Shown here: positions 8,872 to 18,546 of the stretch, piece after piece
Position numbering within the stretch: position 1 is the stretch's first letter
How the letters are laid out: each line of letters begins with the position of its first letter
Assembly: GCA_020854235.1 (NCBI GenBank)
Contig: JADZFW010000084.1
Location: 15,932 to 79,931 of the forward strand
Length of the DNA: 64,000 nucleotides
Reading direction: 5' to 3'
Source: Flavobacteriaceae bacterium
GTDB taxonomy: Bacteria > Bacteroidota > Bacteroidia > Flavobacteriales > Flavobacteriaceae
Program-made: the position numbers and the translations under genes
The notes under the pieces: generated by a model
What the model saw: the letters and a program-made list of their open reading frames with translations, nothing else
Databases searched by the model: none
Told to the model about the DNA's origin: nothing

Positions 8872-10255
8872 TATTTGACTGATTGGGTTTATTTTTCTTT
8901 TTAGAACGATTGAACTTCTTTGGTTTGGAGTTTCCTTCTTTTGTAACAGTTTGATCTGTTTTGTTTGCTTGAACTATTGGAGTCTGTTGATCCGATTTTT
9001 TAATCAAAACTTTTGGATTACTATTTCCTTGCTCTATAGGTAATCTTGGTTGATTATTTTTAGGGTTTGATGGATTTTTAATTTGATTATTTGCCGGCGT
9101 TCCTTGTGGATTTTTATTAGGGTTGTTTTTGTTTTTTTTCTTGTTTTTCTTGTTTTTGGGTCTGTCAAATCGGGTTAAACTTTCCTCTCCAACCACATTT
9201 TCAAATCCAGAACTGGCAACTGCCTCAACTATTTCAAATTCGGAAAGGGATTTGGCTTTCTTTCCATTTTTATTTTGAGAAACTATTTCATTTACCTGAT
9301 GCACATTCAAACTATACCATTTGAAATCCTCATTATTATTATAAGCAAACCACAAGGTTTCTTTGAAAATATCCATTTTGATGAAATAAGCTGTTCCTTT
9401 TTCAGTTTCTAATGGTACTTCTGTATTGGGAAAATCTTTTAAAGCATCCATATAAGAATCCAATTCGTAGTTCAAGCAACACTTTAATCTTCCGCACTGG
9501 CCTTGCAGTTTTTGTGGGCTCAAAGAAAGTTGTTGATATCTGGCAGCATTGGTATTCACTTTTCTAAAATCGGTGAGCCAAGTTGAACAACACAATTCTC
9601 TACCACACGAACCAATGCCTCCTAATCGAGCCGCTTCATGCCTGTAATCGACTTGTTTCATTTCAATTCGAATAGAGAATTTGCTAGCTAAATCTTTTAT
9701 CAATTGTCTAAAATCAATCCGAGTTTCAGCTGTATAATAAAAAACAGCCTTTTTTCCATCTCCTTGATATTCAACATCAGAAAGTTTCATCTGTAATTTG
9801 AGCTTTTCAATGATGATTCGGGCTTCCTTCTGGGTTTCAGCTTCTTTACTGCGAGCCGTTTGCCAAATATCAATATCGCTTTGAGATGCTTTGCGGTATA
9901 TTTTCTTCACTTCTTCGCTATCGTGTGCAATCTTTCTCTTTTGCATTTGAACTTTCACCAATTCCCCCGATAGAGAAACAGACCCAATATCATGTCCAGG
10001 ATTACCCTCTACAGCGACAGCTTCTCCCATGCACAAATTAAGATTGTTGATGTTGCGAAAGTATTCCTTTCGCCCATTTTTAAACCTTACTTCATATATT
10101 TCGAAAGGGGTTTGATGTGTGGGTAGTTTCATATTACCCAACCAATCAAAAACGCTTTTCTTATCACAACTCAAAGTTCCACAACTTCCGTGGTTTTGGC
10201 AACCACCCGGCAAAGTTTTTATATCAGATTCAGTATTACAATTGGTACAACCCAT
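8855..10255 (-). CDS. PSP1/RicT-like domain protein with a Cys-rich N-terminus and a long K/N/P-rich tail
   Basis: The PSP1 C-terminal domain signature is GSCGRELCCSTWL...GQCGRLKCCLNYE. Six Cys lie in the first 30 aa. The last ~100 aa are a basic low-complexity stretch (KNKKNKKKNKNNPNKNP...). The 3' end overlaps the gldH start by 17 nt. Confidence 0.75.
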   Translation of the reverse strand: MGCTNCNTESDIKTLPGGCQNHGSCGTLSCDKKSVFDWLGNMKLPTHQTPFEIYEVRFKNGRKEYFRNINNLNLCMGEAVAVEGNPGHDIGSVSLSGELVKVQMQKRKIAHDSEEVKKIYRKASQSDIDIWQTARSKEAETQKEARIIIEKLKLQMKLSDVEYQGDGKKAVFYYTAETRIDFRQLIKDLASKFSIRIEMKQVDYRHEAARLGGIGSCGRELCCSTWLTDFRKVNTNAARYQQLSLSPQKLQGQCGRLKCCLNYELDSYMDALKDFPNTEVPLETEKGTAYFIKMDIFKETLWFAYNNNEDFKWYSLNVHQVNEIVSQNKNGKKAKSLSEFEIVEAVASSGFENVVGEESLTRFDRPKNKKNKKKNKNNPNKNPQGTPANNQIKNPSNPKNNQPRLPIEQGNSNPKVLIKKSDQQTPIVQANKTDQTVTKEGNSKPKKFNRSKKKNKPNQSNNEANT

Positions 10256-10411
10256 TAGTCATTTCATATTAAATATTAACATTTGCGCATGCAAACCATC
10301 CTAAATTGTATATCACAACACATCCAAACTACATTTACATTAGGCTTTCACAATAGTATGCTTCTTCGCAAAGAAACAAAAGTAATGAATTTAAATCAAG
10401 TAGTAAAATTA

Positions 10412-10642
10412 TCAAATGATTTTCACTTGTATGATTTTGGAAGGACAACTCTCCTGCGCTTTTTGATTGGCTTCAAAAAAGGATTCATCATGCAATTTAA
10501 CCGTGTGAAATCCTTTTCGGTCACGTGCATTGAGTAAAACTGCTTTTCCATCTTTTTTAGACATCCGAAACTGCTCAGGTGCAACTTCTTGACAGAAATT
10601 ACAACCAATACATTTTCCTCTTTGTAATGAGATGATTAACAT
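10412..10642 (-). CDS. Small single-cluster ferredoxin
   Basis: 76 aa with CIGCNFC (CxxCxxC) plus a distal SCP. It lies 15 nt downstream of the radical SAM gene on the same strand. Confidence 0.75.
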   Translation of the reverse strand: MLIISLQRGKCIGCNFCQEVAPEQFRMSKKDGKAVLLNARDRKGFHTVKLHDESFFEANQKAQESCPSKIIQVKII

Positions 10643-10657
10643 TAATTTATTAAACTT

Positions 10658-11638
10658 TTAATTTAAATCAATATCATAGTTCAAATGTTCATTTTGCATG
10701 GATTTCATTTGAGCCTTTGACTTAAATATATTACTGAATATTTGTTGTCCCCAGTCTGTTCTCTTACTATAGGCATTAAAACTTTCGGTTCTCCATTTGA
10801 AATCAGGATGCCAAAAAGCAGTAGGTGAAATATAACAATAGGTGTATTGAAAAATCAAACTTTCTTCGTTGTTACGATTTTGTAATTTATCAATTTGATC
10901 GGTAGCAATCAAAGTAATTTTTCGGTCTTTGGATTGTATTTTAAATCCTTCTAAAATTTCTTTATATATGGGAAATATTTGATCCAATTTAAAATTGTTA
11001 TATTCCGTTTCGCCCAATTTGCGAATCGGCCTCAATTGAATAATATCGATGGAATAAGAGCCAAAAACTTTGAAGAAATCACGAAGTTCTAAAAAATTAT
11101 CTTCATTAAAAGTGTAGTTGATTCGCAGGGTGAGATGAGGATATTCTTGTTTCAACTCGCTGATGGTCCGGAGCGAAGTTTTAAACTTTTCATAATCCCC
11201 TTTTCCCATGAAAAACTCATACGAGTTTTGATAAACACCATGTAATGAAACAATGATTTCATTCAGTCCTTTTTGAATCCACTTTTCTAAGGACTCTTTT
11301 TCCAACAGATTGGCATTCGTAGTCAGCGAAATGTGAGGAACTTTGTTTTGTTGTGCCAAAGCGAAAACAGCGTCCAAATGTTTATACAAAGTAGGTTCTG
11401 TTCCACAACCCACTTGAAGTTTTAAAGCTCGAGGCAAAATGCGTTGCGCCCACAAAGCCAAATCTTCTTTATCAAAAACCCCTTTCAGTTTTTTGACATA
11501 TTGTTCATCTGTAAAATAACACATTTTACATTTCAAATTACACGCATTGACCGGATCAAAATTCACAGACAAATATCGCTTATTAAAAGTATGTAACAAC
11601 CACAAAACTAAAAATTTAAGTCTATGATTCTTAATCAA
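10658..11638 (-). CDS. Radical SAM enzyme of unknown specificity
   Basis: The CxxxCxxC motif CNLKCKMC is near the N-terminus and is followed by GCGTEPTL and TTNANLL elements of the radical SAM core. I saw no C-terminal Cys-rich SPASM-like region. The track start is a TTG and no upstream ATG is available. Confidence 0.8.
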   Translation of the reverse strand: MIKNHRLKFLVLWLLHTFNKRYLSVNFDPVNACNLKCKMCYFTDEQYVKKLKGVFDKEDLALWAQRILPRALKLQVGCGTEPTLYKHLDAVFALAQQNKVPHISLTTNANLLEKESLEKWIQKGLNEIIVSLHGVYQNSYEFFMGKGDYEKFKTSLRTISELKQEYPHLTLRINYTFNEDNFLELRDFFKVFGSYSIDIIQLRPIRKLGETEYNNFKLDQIFPIYKEILEGFKIQSKDRKITLIATDQIDKLQNRNNEESLIFQYTYCYISPTAFWHPDFKWRTESFNAYSKRTDWGQQIFSNIFKSKAQMKSMQNEHLNYDIDLN

Positions 11639-11729
11639 ACTGTTTAGCTTAAGTAAAAGATATGTTCTTGGCTTTTTGATGTTTTCGTTTTTAAATATTA
11701 ACCTTTCAAATTTTGTAATTTAAAAAACC

Positions 11730-13070
11730 TTATTCTCCACAATGATGTGCTTGCGCTTGTATTTGTTGAACCGGTAAAATAGACAATTCATCAGACTCGT
11801 CAGATTTTTCTGATTCTTTATCTGCATACTCTGTTTTGACAATCTTATACAATTTATCTGATAATCGTATTCTAAATGGCAATGGAAATGTGACCGTATC
11901 TCCTTTAGTAGCCGATTCGCTTTTAATATCATTGACAAACATCTCGGTTACCAACATTTCCTGAGCACCAGTTGATGGTCCGGTAACCAATATGGTATCA
12001 CCAACACTGATGTCAAATGCTTGAATTAAAAACTCCCCGATTTTGGCTTTGGGAAAATAGTGTTTACCTATTCCAATAAAAACTTTCTTCTGTGTAGCCT
12101 GACTTCCCGGTGTTTTACTCCATTCACCCAGTTTTTTTCCAAGATAATATCCACCCCAAAAACCTCGATTATAGACTTTTTCCAATTCATCCATCCAAAC
12201 ATCAACTTTTTCAGTTGAATAGGTTCCATCGGCTACGGAATCAATGGCTTCCCTATAGGCTTTGATGGTTTTGGCTACATATTCGGGTGCACGACCGCGT
12301 CCTTCAATTTTTAACACACTTACTCCGGCATCAACCAATTCATCTAAAAAATCAATGGTACACAAATCTTTTGGCGACATAATGTATTCATTGTCAATTT
12401 CCAACTCCACACCACTTTCTTTGTCAATAACCGTATAAGGTTTCCGACAATTTTGTTTACAAGCACCACGATTGGCACTTGAATTAAAAGTGTGTAAGCT
12501 CATGTAACATTTTCCGGAAACAGCCATACACAAAGCACCATGACCGAAAACTTCAATTTCAACCAAATTTCCGGAAGGACCTTTAACTTCTTGTTTTTTG
12601 ACCTGTTCGGCAATTTTATTAATCTGTCCCAAACTCAATTCTCTACTCAACACTACGGTATCGGCAAATAAAGCATAGAATTTTAGGGTTTCAATATTGG
12701 TAATATTAATTTGGGTGGAAATATGCACTTCCATTCCAATACTACGCGCATAAGAAATCACCGCTTGATCCATCACAATCACAGCCGTTATTCCTGCTTT
12801 TTTAGCTCGATCCAGTAACTTTTTGATGATGCTTAAATCATGGTCGTAAATGATGGTGTTGAGTGTGAGATATGTGCGAACATTTTTAGCTTTACAACGT
12901 TTGGCAATTTCGGGTAAATCATCAAGTGTAAAATTGATAGACGCTTGCGCCCGCATATTGAGTTGTTCCACTCCAAAATATACAGAATCTGCTCCATTGT
13001 CTAAAGCGGCTTGTAAGGATTCAAAACTTCCGGCAGGTGCCATGAGTTCTATTTTTCCGGTAGTAGTCAT
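11730..13070 (-). CDS. Peptidase U32 family protein (TrhP/YegQ-size class)
   Basis: The N-terminus ELMAPAGSFESLQAALDNGADSVYFG is typical of U32. A four-Cys pattern C-x6-C-x15-C-x3-C is read directly in GALCMAVSGKCYMSLHTFNSSANRGACKQNCRKPY. The 446-aa length includes a C-terminal barrel-like extension. Confidence 0.85.
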   Translation of the reverse strand: MTTTGKIELMAPAGSFESLQAALDNGADSVYFGVEQLNMRAQASINFTLDDLPEIAKRCKAKNVRTYLTLNTIIYDHDLSIIKKLLDRAKKAGITAVIVMDQAVISYARSIGMEVHISTQINITNIETLKFYALFADTVVLSRELSLGQINKIAEQVKKQEVKGPSGNLVEIEVFGHGALCMAVSGKCYMSLHTFNSSANRGACKQNCRKPYTVIDKESGVELEIDNEYIMSPKDLCTIDFLDELVDAGVSVLKIEGRGRAPEYVAKTIKAYREAIDSVADGTYSTEKVDVWMDELEKVYNRGFWGGYYLGKKLGEWSKTPGSQATQKKVFIGIGKHYFPKAKIGEFLIQAFDISVGDTILVTGPSTGAQEMLVTEMFVNDIKSESATKGDTVTFPLPFRIRLSDKLYKIVKTEYADKESEKSDESDELSILPVQQIQAQAHHCGE

Positions 13071-13228
13071 AAGTTTAAATTGTAGTTTTTAGGGGGCAAA
13101 GATAGAAAAGTTAGAAGTTTTCCACTAGTTAAGTGCTTAAGAAGTTAGAAAAAAGTTATTCAAAAGTATTTTAAAATAGGTTTAAGCCATTTGTTAAAAA
13201 AGAAAAAATCTACAGAAATAAATAATTT

Positions 13229-13266
13229 AAAAAATAAACCCCGAAAGTTTTTAACTCCTCGGGGTT
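13229..13266 (-). terminator. Putative recA terminator
   Basis: Stem aaccccga/tcggggtt (13237-13244 and 13259-13266) with a 14-nt loop. On the minus strand it is followed by a U-rich run (plus-strand aaaaaata). Confidence 0.55.
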
Positions 13267-13296
13267 CTATAAAATCATCAAAACGACATTTATATA

Positions 13297-14304
13297 TTAT
13301 TTCCCTTTAATAATCTCAGCTTTAATCTTTCCTTCCAATTCTTCTGCCAATTCAGGATTATCTTGTAATATTTTCTTCACGCCATCGCGTCCTTGACCCA
13401 ATTTGGTTTCGCCATAACTAAACCAAGAACCGCTTTTGTTGATGATGTTATACTCGACTCCTAAATCGATAATTTCCCCAATTTTGGAAATTCCTTCGCC
13501 GTAAAGCACATCAAATTCGGCGATTTTAAATGGTGGTGCTACTTTGTTTTTCACTACTTTCACTTTGGTGCGATTACCCATGGAAGTATCCCCATCTTTA
13601 ATCTGTGTTCCTTTGCGGATATCCAAACGAATGGAAGCATAAAACTTCAAAGCATTTCCTCCTGTTGTGGTTTCGGGGTTTCCAAACATGACCCCAATTT
13701 TTTCACGCAATTGATTGATGAAAATAACGGTACAATTGGTTTTGTGAATAGCGCCTGTCAATTTTCTAAGCGCTTGTGACATCAAACGGGCATGAAGACC
13801 CATTTTACTGTCACCCATTTCTCCTTCAATTTCGCTTTTGGGAGTCAAAGCCGCAACCGAGTCAATAATGACCAAGTCAATAGCGCCCGAACGAATCAAA
13901 TTATCGGCAATTTCTAGAGCTTGTTCACCATGATCAGGTTGAGAGATGATCAAATTATCGATATCTACACCCAAATTTTGAGCATATGTTCGGTCAAAAG
14001 CATGTTCCGCATCGATAAATGCAGCTATACCGCCTTGTTTTTGAACTTCAGCCATGGCATGAAGCGTAAGTGTGGTTTTTCCTGAAGATTCCGGACCAAA
14101 AATTTCTACCACTCTTCCGCGTGGATAACCTCCTACACCCAAAGCGATATCAAGGCCTAAAGAACCGGTTGGAATGGATTCTATTTCATCTATGGCTTGA
14201 TCCCCCATTTTCATGACGGTACCTTTACCATACGTTTTGTCTAATTTGTCTAATGTAAGTTGAAGGGCTTTCAATTTGGCTGTTTTTTCGGCATCTGTTG
14301 ACAT
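13297..14304 (-). CDS. recA: Recombinase RecA
   Basis: 335 aa with Walker [13 protein letters not shown]. The [22 protein letters not shown] and [30 protein letters not shown] blocks are canonical RecA. Confidence 0.97.
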   Translation of the reverse strand: MSTDAEKTAKLKALQLTLDKLDKTYGKGTVMKMGDQAIDEIESIPTGSLGLDIALGVGGYPRGRVVEIFGPESSGKTTLTLHAMAEVQKQGGIAAFIDAEHAFDRTYAQNLGVDIDNLIISQPDHGEQALEIADNLIRSGAIDLVIIDSVAALTPKSEIEGEMGDSKMGLHARLMSQALRKLTGAIHKTNCTVIFINQLREKIGVMFGNPETTTGGNALKFYASIRLDIRKGTQIKDGDTSMGNRTKVKVVKNKVAPPFKIAEFDVLYGEGISKIGEIIDLGVEYNIINKSGSWFSYGETKLGQGRDGVKKILQDNPELAEELEGKIKAEIIKGK

Positions 14305-14419
14305 ATCTCAGTTAATGTTTAAGTTAATTAAATTTATTTTAAATATTCATAGCTTTATCAATCTTCCATGTTCTTGGAGATGATTTATAGTATTTGCTGG
14401 GTCAATTTCAATTTTTTTA

Positions 14420-14427
14420 CAAATATA
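14420..14427 (-). promoter_or_regulatory. Candidate Bacteroidota -7 box (TAnnTTTG) upstream of recA
   Basis: Plus-strand caaatata is tatatttg on the minus strand. It lies about 116 nt upstream of the recA ATG, which is a long distance, hence the low confidence. Confidence 0.3.
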
Positions 14428-14560
14428 GAAATATTATTTTTATGTGTAAATAATTGTACTTTTTTTATTACTTATTAGTTTTTCAGTTGCTTCAAAATTG
14501 CTTTACTTTTAACAAATAGAATCAATAATTTCAAAACTTATTGAACAAAAAAATTCAAAA

Positions 14561-16438
14561 TCATTCCATTTTCAAACTCAAATCCAACCATCGTTCTTCC
14601 TTTTGGTTAATTTGAGAAATGATATCTTCCAATTTCTTACCCATGGCATACATTTGATCTTCCGGAATGCGAACTTCAACAAAATCAGTTTCAATTTTGG
14701 CTTTTTCTAAGTTTAATTTTACAAGTTCCTTTTCAATCTGCTCAAACTCTTTCTTTTCATTATAACTCAACTTGACTTTTTTAAAATTGTCCTTGTTTCC
14801 TTCTTCCGAAGTTTTTATTTGGGTTGTAATTTCTGATTTATCCTCTCTTCTTTGTTCTTCTGTAAACATTTCAAAATCTCTGTAATCACTGTAATTTCCA
14901 GGGAAATCCTTAACGATACCATCTTTCAAAACAAATAAATGGTCTACTATTTTATCCATAAAATATCGATCATGCGATACGACAACTAATGTCCCGGGAT
15001 AATCCAACAAAAAGTCTTCTAAGACATTTAGAGTAATAATATCCAAGTCGTTCGTAGGTTCGTCCAAAATTAAAAAATTGGGATTTTGAATCAATACGGT
15101 ACATAAAAATAACCTCTTTAATTCTCCGCCACTCAGTTTTTCAACAAAATCATATTGTTGCTTGCGATCAAACAAAAACTTTTCCAACAAACTACCGGCA
15201 CTCAAAGTCCTACCTTTAGTCAATGGAATATACTCTCCAAATTCGCGAATGACTTCCAATACTTTTTGTCCTGGTTTGATTATGATACCTTCTTGGGTAT
15301 AATAACCCATTTTAACCGTGTCTCCAATAATTATTTTCCCTGAATCGGGTTTCAAACTTCCCGTGATGAGGTTTAGTAAAGTACTTTTTCCACTTCCATT
15401 GTTACCAATAATTCCAACTCGGTCTTCCCGTTGAAACACATATTCAAAACTCTTCAATATGGTATTTTCACCAAAGGATTTGGAAACTTTGTGCAACTCA
15501 ACCACTTTACTTCCCAATCGTTCCATATTGATTTCCAATTGAACCTGATGTTCCTTTCTACGACTTTTGGCAACTTCTTCAGTTTTATAAAAAGCATCAA
15601 TTCTAGATTTAGATTTGGTCGTTCTCGCTTGAGGCATTCTGCGCATCCAATCCAATTCTTTTACATATAGATTTTTGGCTTTATCAACAGTAGCTTGTTC
15701 AATGGCAAGCCTGGCTTCTTTTTTTTCTAAAAAATAAGAATAGTTTCCCGTGTAGCGATAGATAATTCCTTCGTCCAATTCCACAATATCATTACACACA
15801 CGCTCCAAAAAATATCGGTCGTGAGTAACCATGAATAAAGTGAGTTTTGTTTTCTGTAAGTATGTTTCCAACCATTCAATCATTTCCAAATCCAAATGAT
15901 TGGTAGGTTCATCTAAAATCAACAAATCGGGATTCATCAGCAAACAAATAGCCAAACCTAACCTTTTTTGTTGTCCACCTGATAATTCACTCACCTTTTG
16001 ATGGAGGTTTTCCAATTTCAACTTGTATAAAATTTGCTTATACTGGGTTTCAAAATCCCATGCATGATGCAATTCCATTTCGTCAAAAGCCTTTTGATAA
16101 CGTTCGGAATCTTCTGGATGTTCCAAAGCGTGCTCATAAGCTTCAATAATTTTTAAAATAGGATTGTCCGCGTTGAAAATACTTTCTTCAACGGTTAAAT
16201 CTAGAGTTAAATCCATTTTTTGGGATAAATAAGCCACTTTGAGACCTTTTCTGAATACCACCTGTCCAATATCAGCACTATCTTTCCCTGCAATTATGTT
16301 CAGCAAAGTGGTTTTTCCGGTTCCGTTTTTAGCAACAAATGCAATTTTTTGGTCTTTATTGATTCCAAATGAGATATCATGAAGAATTACACGTTCTCCA
16401 AATGATTTATGTACGTTTTCTATGGATACTAAGTTCAT
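14561..16438 (-). CDS. ABC-F family ATPase (Uup/YheS-like, no membrane domain)
   Basis: Two nucleotide-binding domains with Walker A motifs KNGTGKTTLL and NNGSGKSTLL and signatures LSGGQQKRL and LSGGELKRL. There is a charged linker and a C-terminal coiled-coil tail. Confidence 0.9.
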   Translation of the reverse strand: MNLVSIENVHKSFGERVILHDISFGINKDQKIAFVAKNGTGKTTLLNIIAGKDSADIGQVVFRKGLKVAYLSQKMDLTLDLTVEESIFNADNPILKIIEAYEHALEHPEDSERYQKAFDEMELHHAWDFETQYKQILYKLKLENLHQKVSELSGGQQKRLGLAICLLMNPDLLILDEPTNHLDLEMIEWLETYLQKTKLTLFMVTHDRYFLERVCNDIVELDEGIIYRYTGNYSYFLEKKEARLAIEQATVDKAKNLYVKELDWMRRMPQARTTKSKSRIDAFYKTEEVAKSRRKEHQVQLEINMERLGSKVVELHKVSKSFGENTILKSFEYVFQREDRVGIIGNNGSGKSTLLNLITGSLKPDSGKIIIGDTVKMGYYTQEGIIIKPGQKVLEVIREFGEYIPLTKGRTLSAGSLLEKFLFDRKQQYDFVEKLSGGELKRLFLCTVLIQNPNFLILDEPTNDLDIITLNVLEDFLLDYPGTLVVVSHDRYFMDKIVDHLFVLKDGIVKDFPGNYSDYRDFEMFTEEQRREDKSEITTQIKTSEEGNKDNFKKVKLSYNEKKEFEQIEKELVKLNLEKAKIETDFVEVRIPEDQMYAMGKKLEDIISQINQKEERWLDLSLKME

Positions 16439-16753
16439 GTCGCAAAACTATTTTTAAAATTTCAATTGACAAACATTAATTAACTAAATAACGATTTAAA
16501 ATAAATTCTTATCTAAAACTACCCATACCTGTGAAAATATCTAATATAAAAGACAAGCTACACTTAGACTGAATAGTAAACTCTTTTTTTCGGCAGGTAG
16601 GTCCGTATACATTCTAAAGATAACTTCACTCCATAAATTTAGAATTTGACTTACATAATTTGCCATATTTGAAGTGATTATTGTAATTTCGCAACTTTGG
16701 TATGCAGAAATGCTAGTTTATAACGTTATATACATTCAAACCATTCTTACATA

Positions 16754-18112
16754 ATGAATAAATTCCTAAGTATAGTCTTAACCTTGGTCAGTTGGTTTTC
16801 ATTTGCCCAAACCAATAATCAAACTATTTTGGTTAAAATGCAACCGGCTACTTACAAACAAGTTGTATTGTATGCTTCCGAAGGTGCACAACAAAAATAC
16901 ATTACCCATGGGGAATCTGAAACCGGCATTTTTCAATTGAGTATCCCAACCGATGCACCACACGCTTCTTATCGGATGGTTTACAATCAGGAAACTATGG
17001 ATTACATAGATTTTTTATATTTAGGGAAATCTTTTGAGATTACTTTTAATCCTTCAGATCCCAATGAATTACCAATATTCGTGGGCTCTGAAGAAAACAC
17101 ACAATATTTTAAACAACTTTTTACCATCAACAGAATCCAACAAAAAATGGATACCATTCAAGTTGAAATTTTCAAGACCGACAATACGCAAGCGTTGAGT
17201 GCTCTTCAAAATCTATACGCTATCAAACGAACAGAATGGGTTGAATGGGCAAGTTTACTAGAAAAAACAGAGCAAAATCCACTGATTAAAGACATCCTGA
17301 AAGCACACGAAAGAGTATTGCCTCAAGCGCCTATCCAAGATCCATTGGAATATTTAAATTTTATAAAATTGCATTTCTTTGATCATATTGATTTCAACAA
17401 TTCAAACATGGTACATTCTTCTATCCTTTTGGATAAAGTAATGGATTATGTCTTTTATCTAACGGTTGCAGAAACTCCAGAATCTCAAAATACTTTGTAT
17501 ATAAAAGCTATACATGAGGTAATGCAAAAAATTCAAAATGAAACCATTAAAAAAGGGTTTATTCAAGCACTGATTCAATCATTTTTACAAGATGAAAATG
17601 CAGAAGTAATAGATGTTTTATTTTATAATTATTACGACCAACTTCCTTTAGATCAACAAAACACAAATTGGAAAAATGGCATTCAAAATGAATTAAAAAC
17701 AGCTATTGGAAGAACAGCTCCAGACTTTGAGTTTATCTTTAATAAAAATGTTTCAAGTCTTTACAAATTAAACGGTTATAAATATTATGTAATTGTATTT
17801 TGGAGCACCTCTTGTTCACATTGTTTGAAAGAAATTCCGATGTTTTACGATTATATCAAAGATCGTCCTGATACCAAAGTAATTGCCATTGGTATGGAAA
17901 GCTATGATAGTAAACCGAATTGGGAATCGGAAATCTATGATTATCCTGCTTTCATCAATGTCATGGGATTGGGTAAATGGGAAAATTCAATTGCAAGAGA
18001 CTATAATATTCATGCAACACCCAATTATTTCATTTTGGATACTTCTAAAAAAATCATATTCAAGCCTTATGATTTTGAAGAAGCCGAGGAAATATTTGAT
18101 AATTTAAAATAA
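16754..18112 (+). CDS. Secreted TlpA/thioredoxin-like redox protein with a large N-terminal domain
   Basis: It has a signal peptide (LTLVSWFSFAQ). The C-terminal thioredoxin fold carries WSTSCSHCLKEIP (CxxC). Confidence 0.7.
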   Translation: MNKFLSIVLTLVSWFSFAQTNNQTILVKMQPATYKQVVLYASEGAQQKYITHGESETGIFQLSIPTDAPHASYRMVYNQETMDYIDFLYLGKSFEITFNPSDPNELPIFVGSEENTQYFKQLFTINRIQQKMDTIQVEIFKTDNTQALSALQNLYAIKRTEWVEWASLLEKTEQNPLIKDILKAHERVLPQAPIQDPLEYLNFIKLHFFDHIDFNNSNMVHSSILLDKVMDYVFYLTVAETPESQNTLYIKAIHEVMQKIQNETIKKGFIQALIQSFLQDENAEVIDVLFYNYYDQLPLDQQNTNWKNGIQNELKTAIGRTAPDFEFIFNKNVSSLYKLNGYKYYVIVFWSTSCSHCLKEIPMFYDYIKDRPDTKVIAIGMESYDSKPNWESEIYDYPAFINVMGLGKWENSIARDYNIHATPNYFILDTSKKIIFKPYDFEEAEEIFDNLK

Positions 18113-18123
18113 GAGTTGTCTCT

Positions 18124-18546
18124 ATGAGTAAAAAGCAAAACAGATATGACAAAGCCTACATGAGAATGGCGCAGGAATGGTCCAAATTATCCCATTGTAC
18201 CAGAAAACAAGTTGGAGCTTTGATTGTAAAAGATAGAATGATTATTTCTGATGGTTTTAATGGTACTCCATCTGGGTTTGAAAATCCTTGTGAAGATGAT
18301 TCAGGTTATACCAAATGGTATGTATTACACGCGGAAGCCAATGCTATTTTAAAAGTAGCAGGTTCAACTCAATCAGTTAAAGATGCAACGCTTTACCTCA
18401 CTTTATCTCCCTGTAAAGAATGCAGCAAACTCATACATCAATCGGGGATTAAACGAGTGGTTTACCAAGACGCATATAGTGACACTTCCGGGTTGGATTT
18501 TTTAATAAAAGCAGGCGTAGAAATTAACAAATTGGAAGATGTCTAA
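18124..18546 (+). CDS. Deoxycytidylate (dCMP) deaminase
   Basis: Zinc-binding motifs HAEANAI and PCKECSKLI are present. The 140-aa size is typical of ComEB/dCMP deaminases. Confidence 0.85.
   Translation: MSKKQNRYDKAYMRMAQEWSKLSHCTRKQVGALIVKDRMIISDGFNGTPSGFENPCEDDSGYTKWYVLHAEANAILKVAGSTQSVKDATLYLTLSPCKECSKLIHQSGIKRVVYQDAYSDTSGLDFLIKAGVEINKLEDV

Noticed and set aside
10283-10608. ORFs 10283-10537 (+) and 10423-10608 (-) overlapping the ferredoxin gene
   Set aside because: The 76-aa frame carrying CxxCxxC...CP is the only one with a recognisable fold signature. The others are overlapping shadows.
11720-11938. 72-aa minus-strand ORF overlapping the 3' end of the U32 gene
   Set aside because: It is out of frame with, and nested in, the U32 coding region, and it has no motif.
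11730-13070. Calling the U32 protein a collagenase or secreted protease
   Set aside because: It has no signal peptide, and the conserved four-Cys pattern points to the Fe-S-dependent hydroxylase roles now established for U32 members. The protease label is historical.
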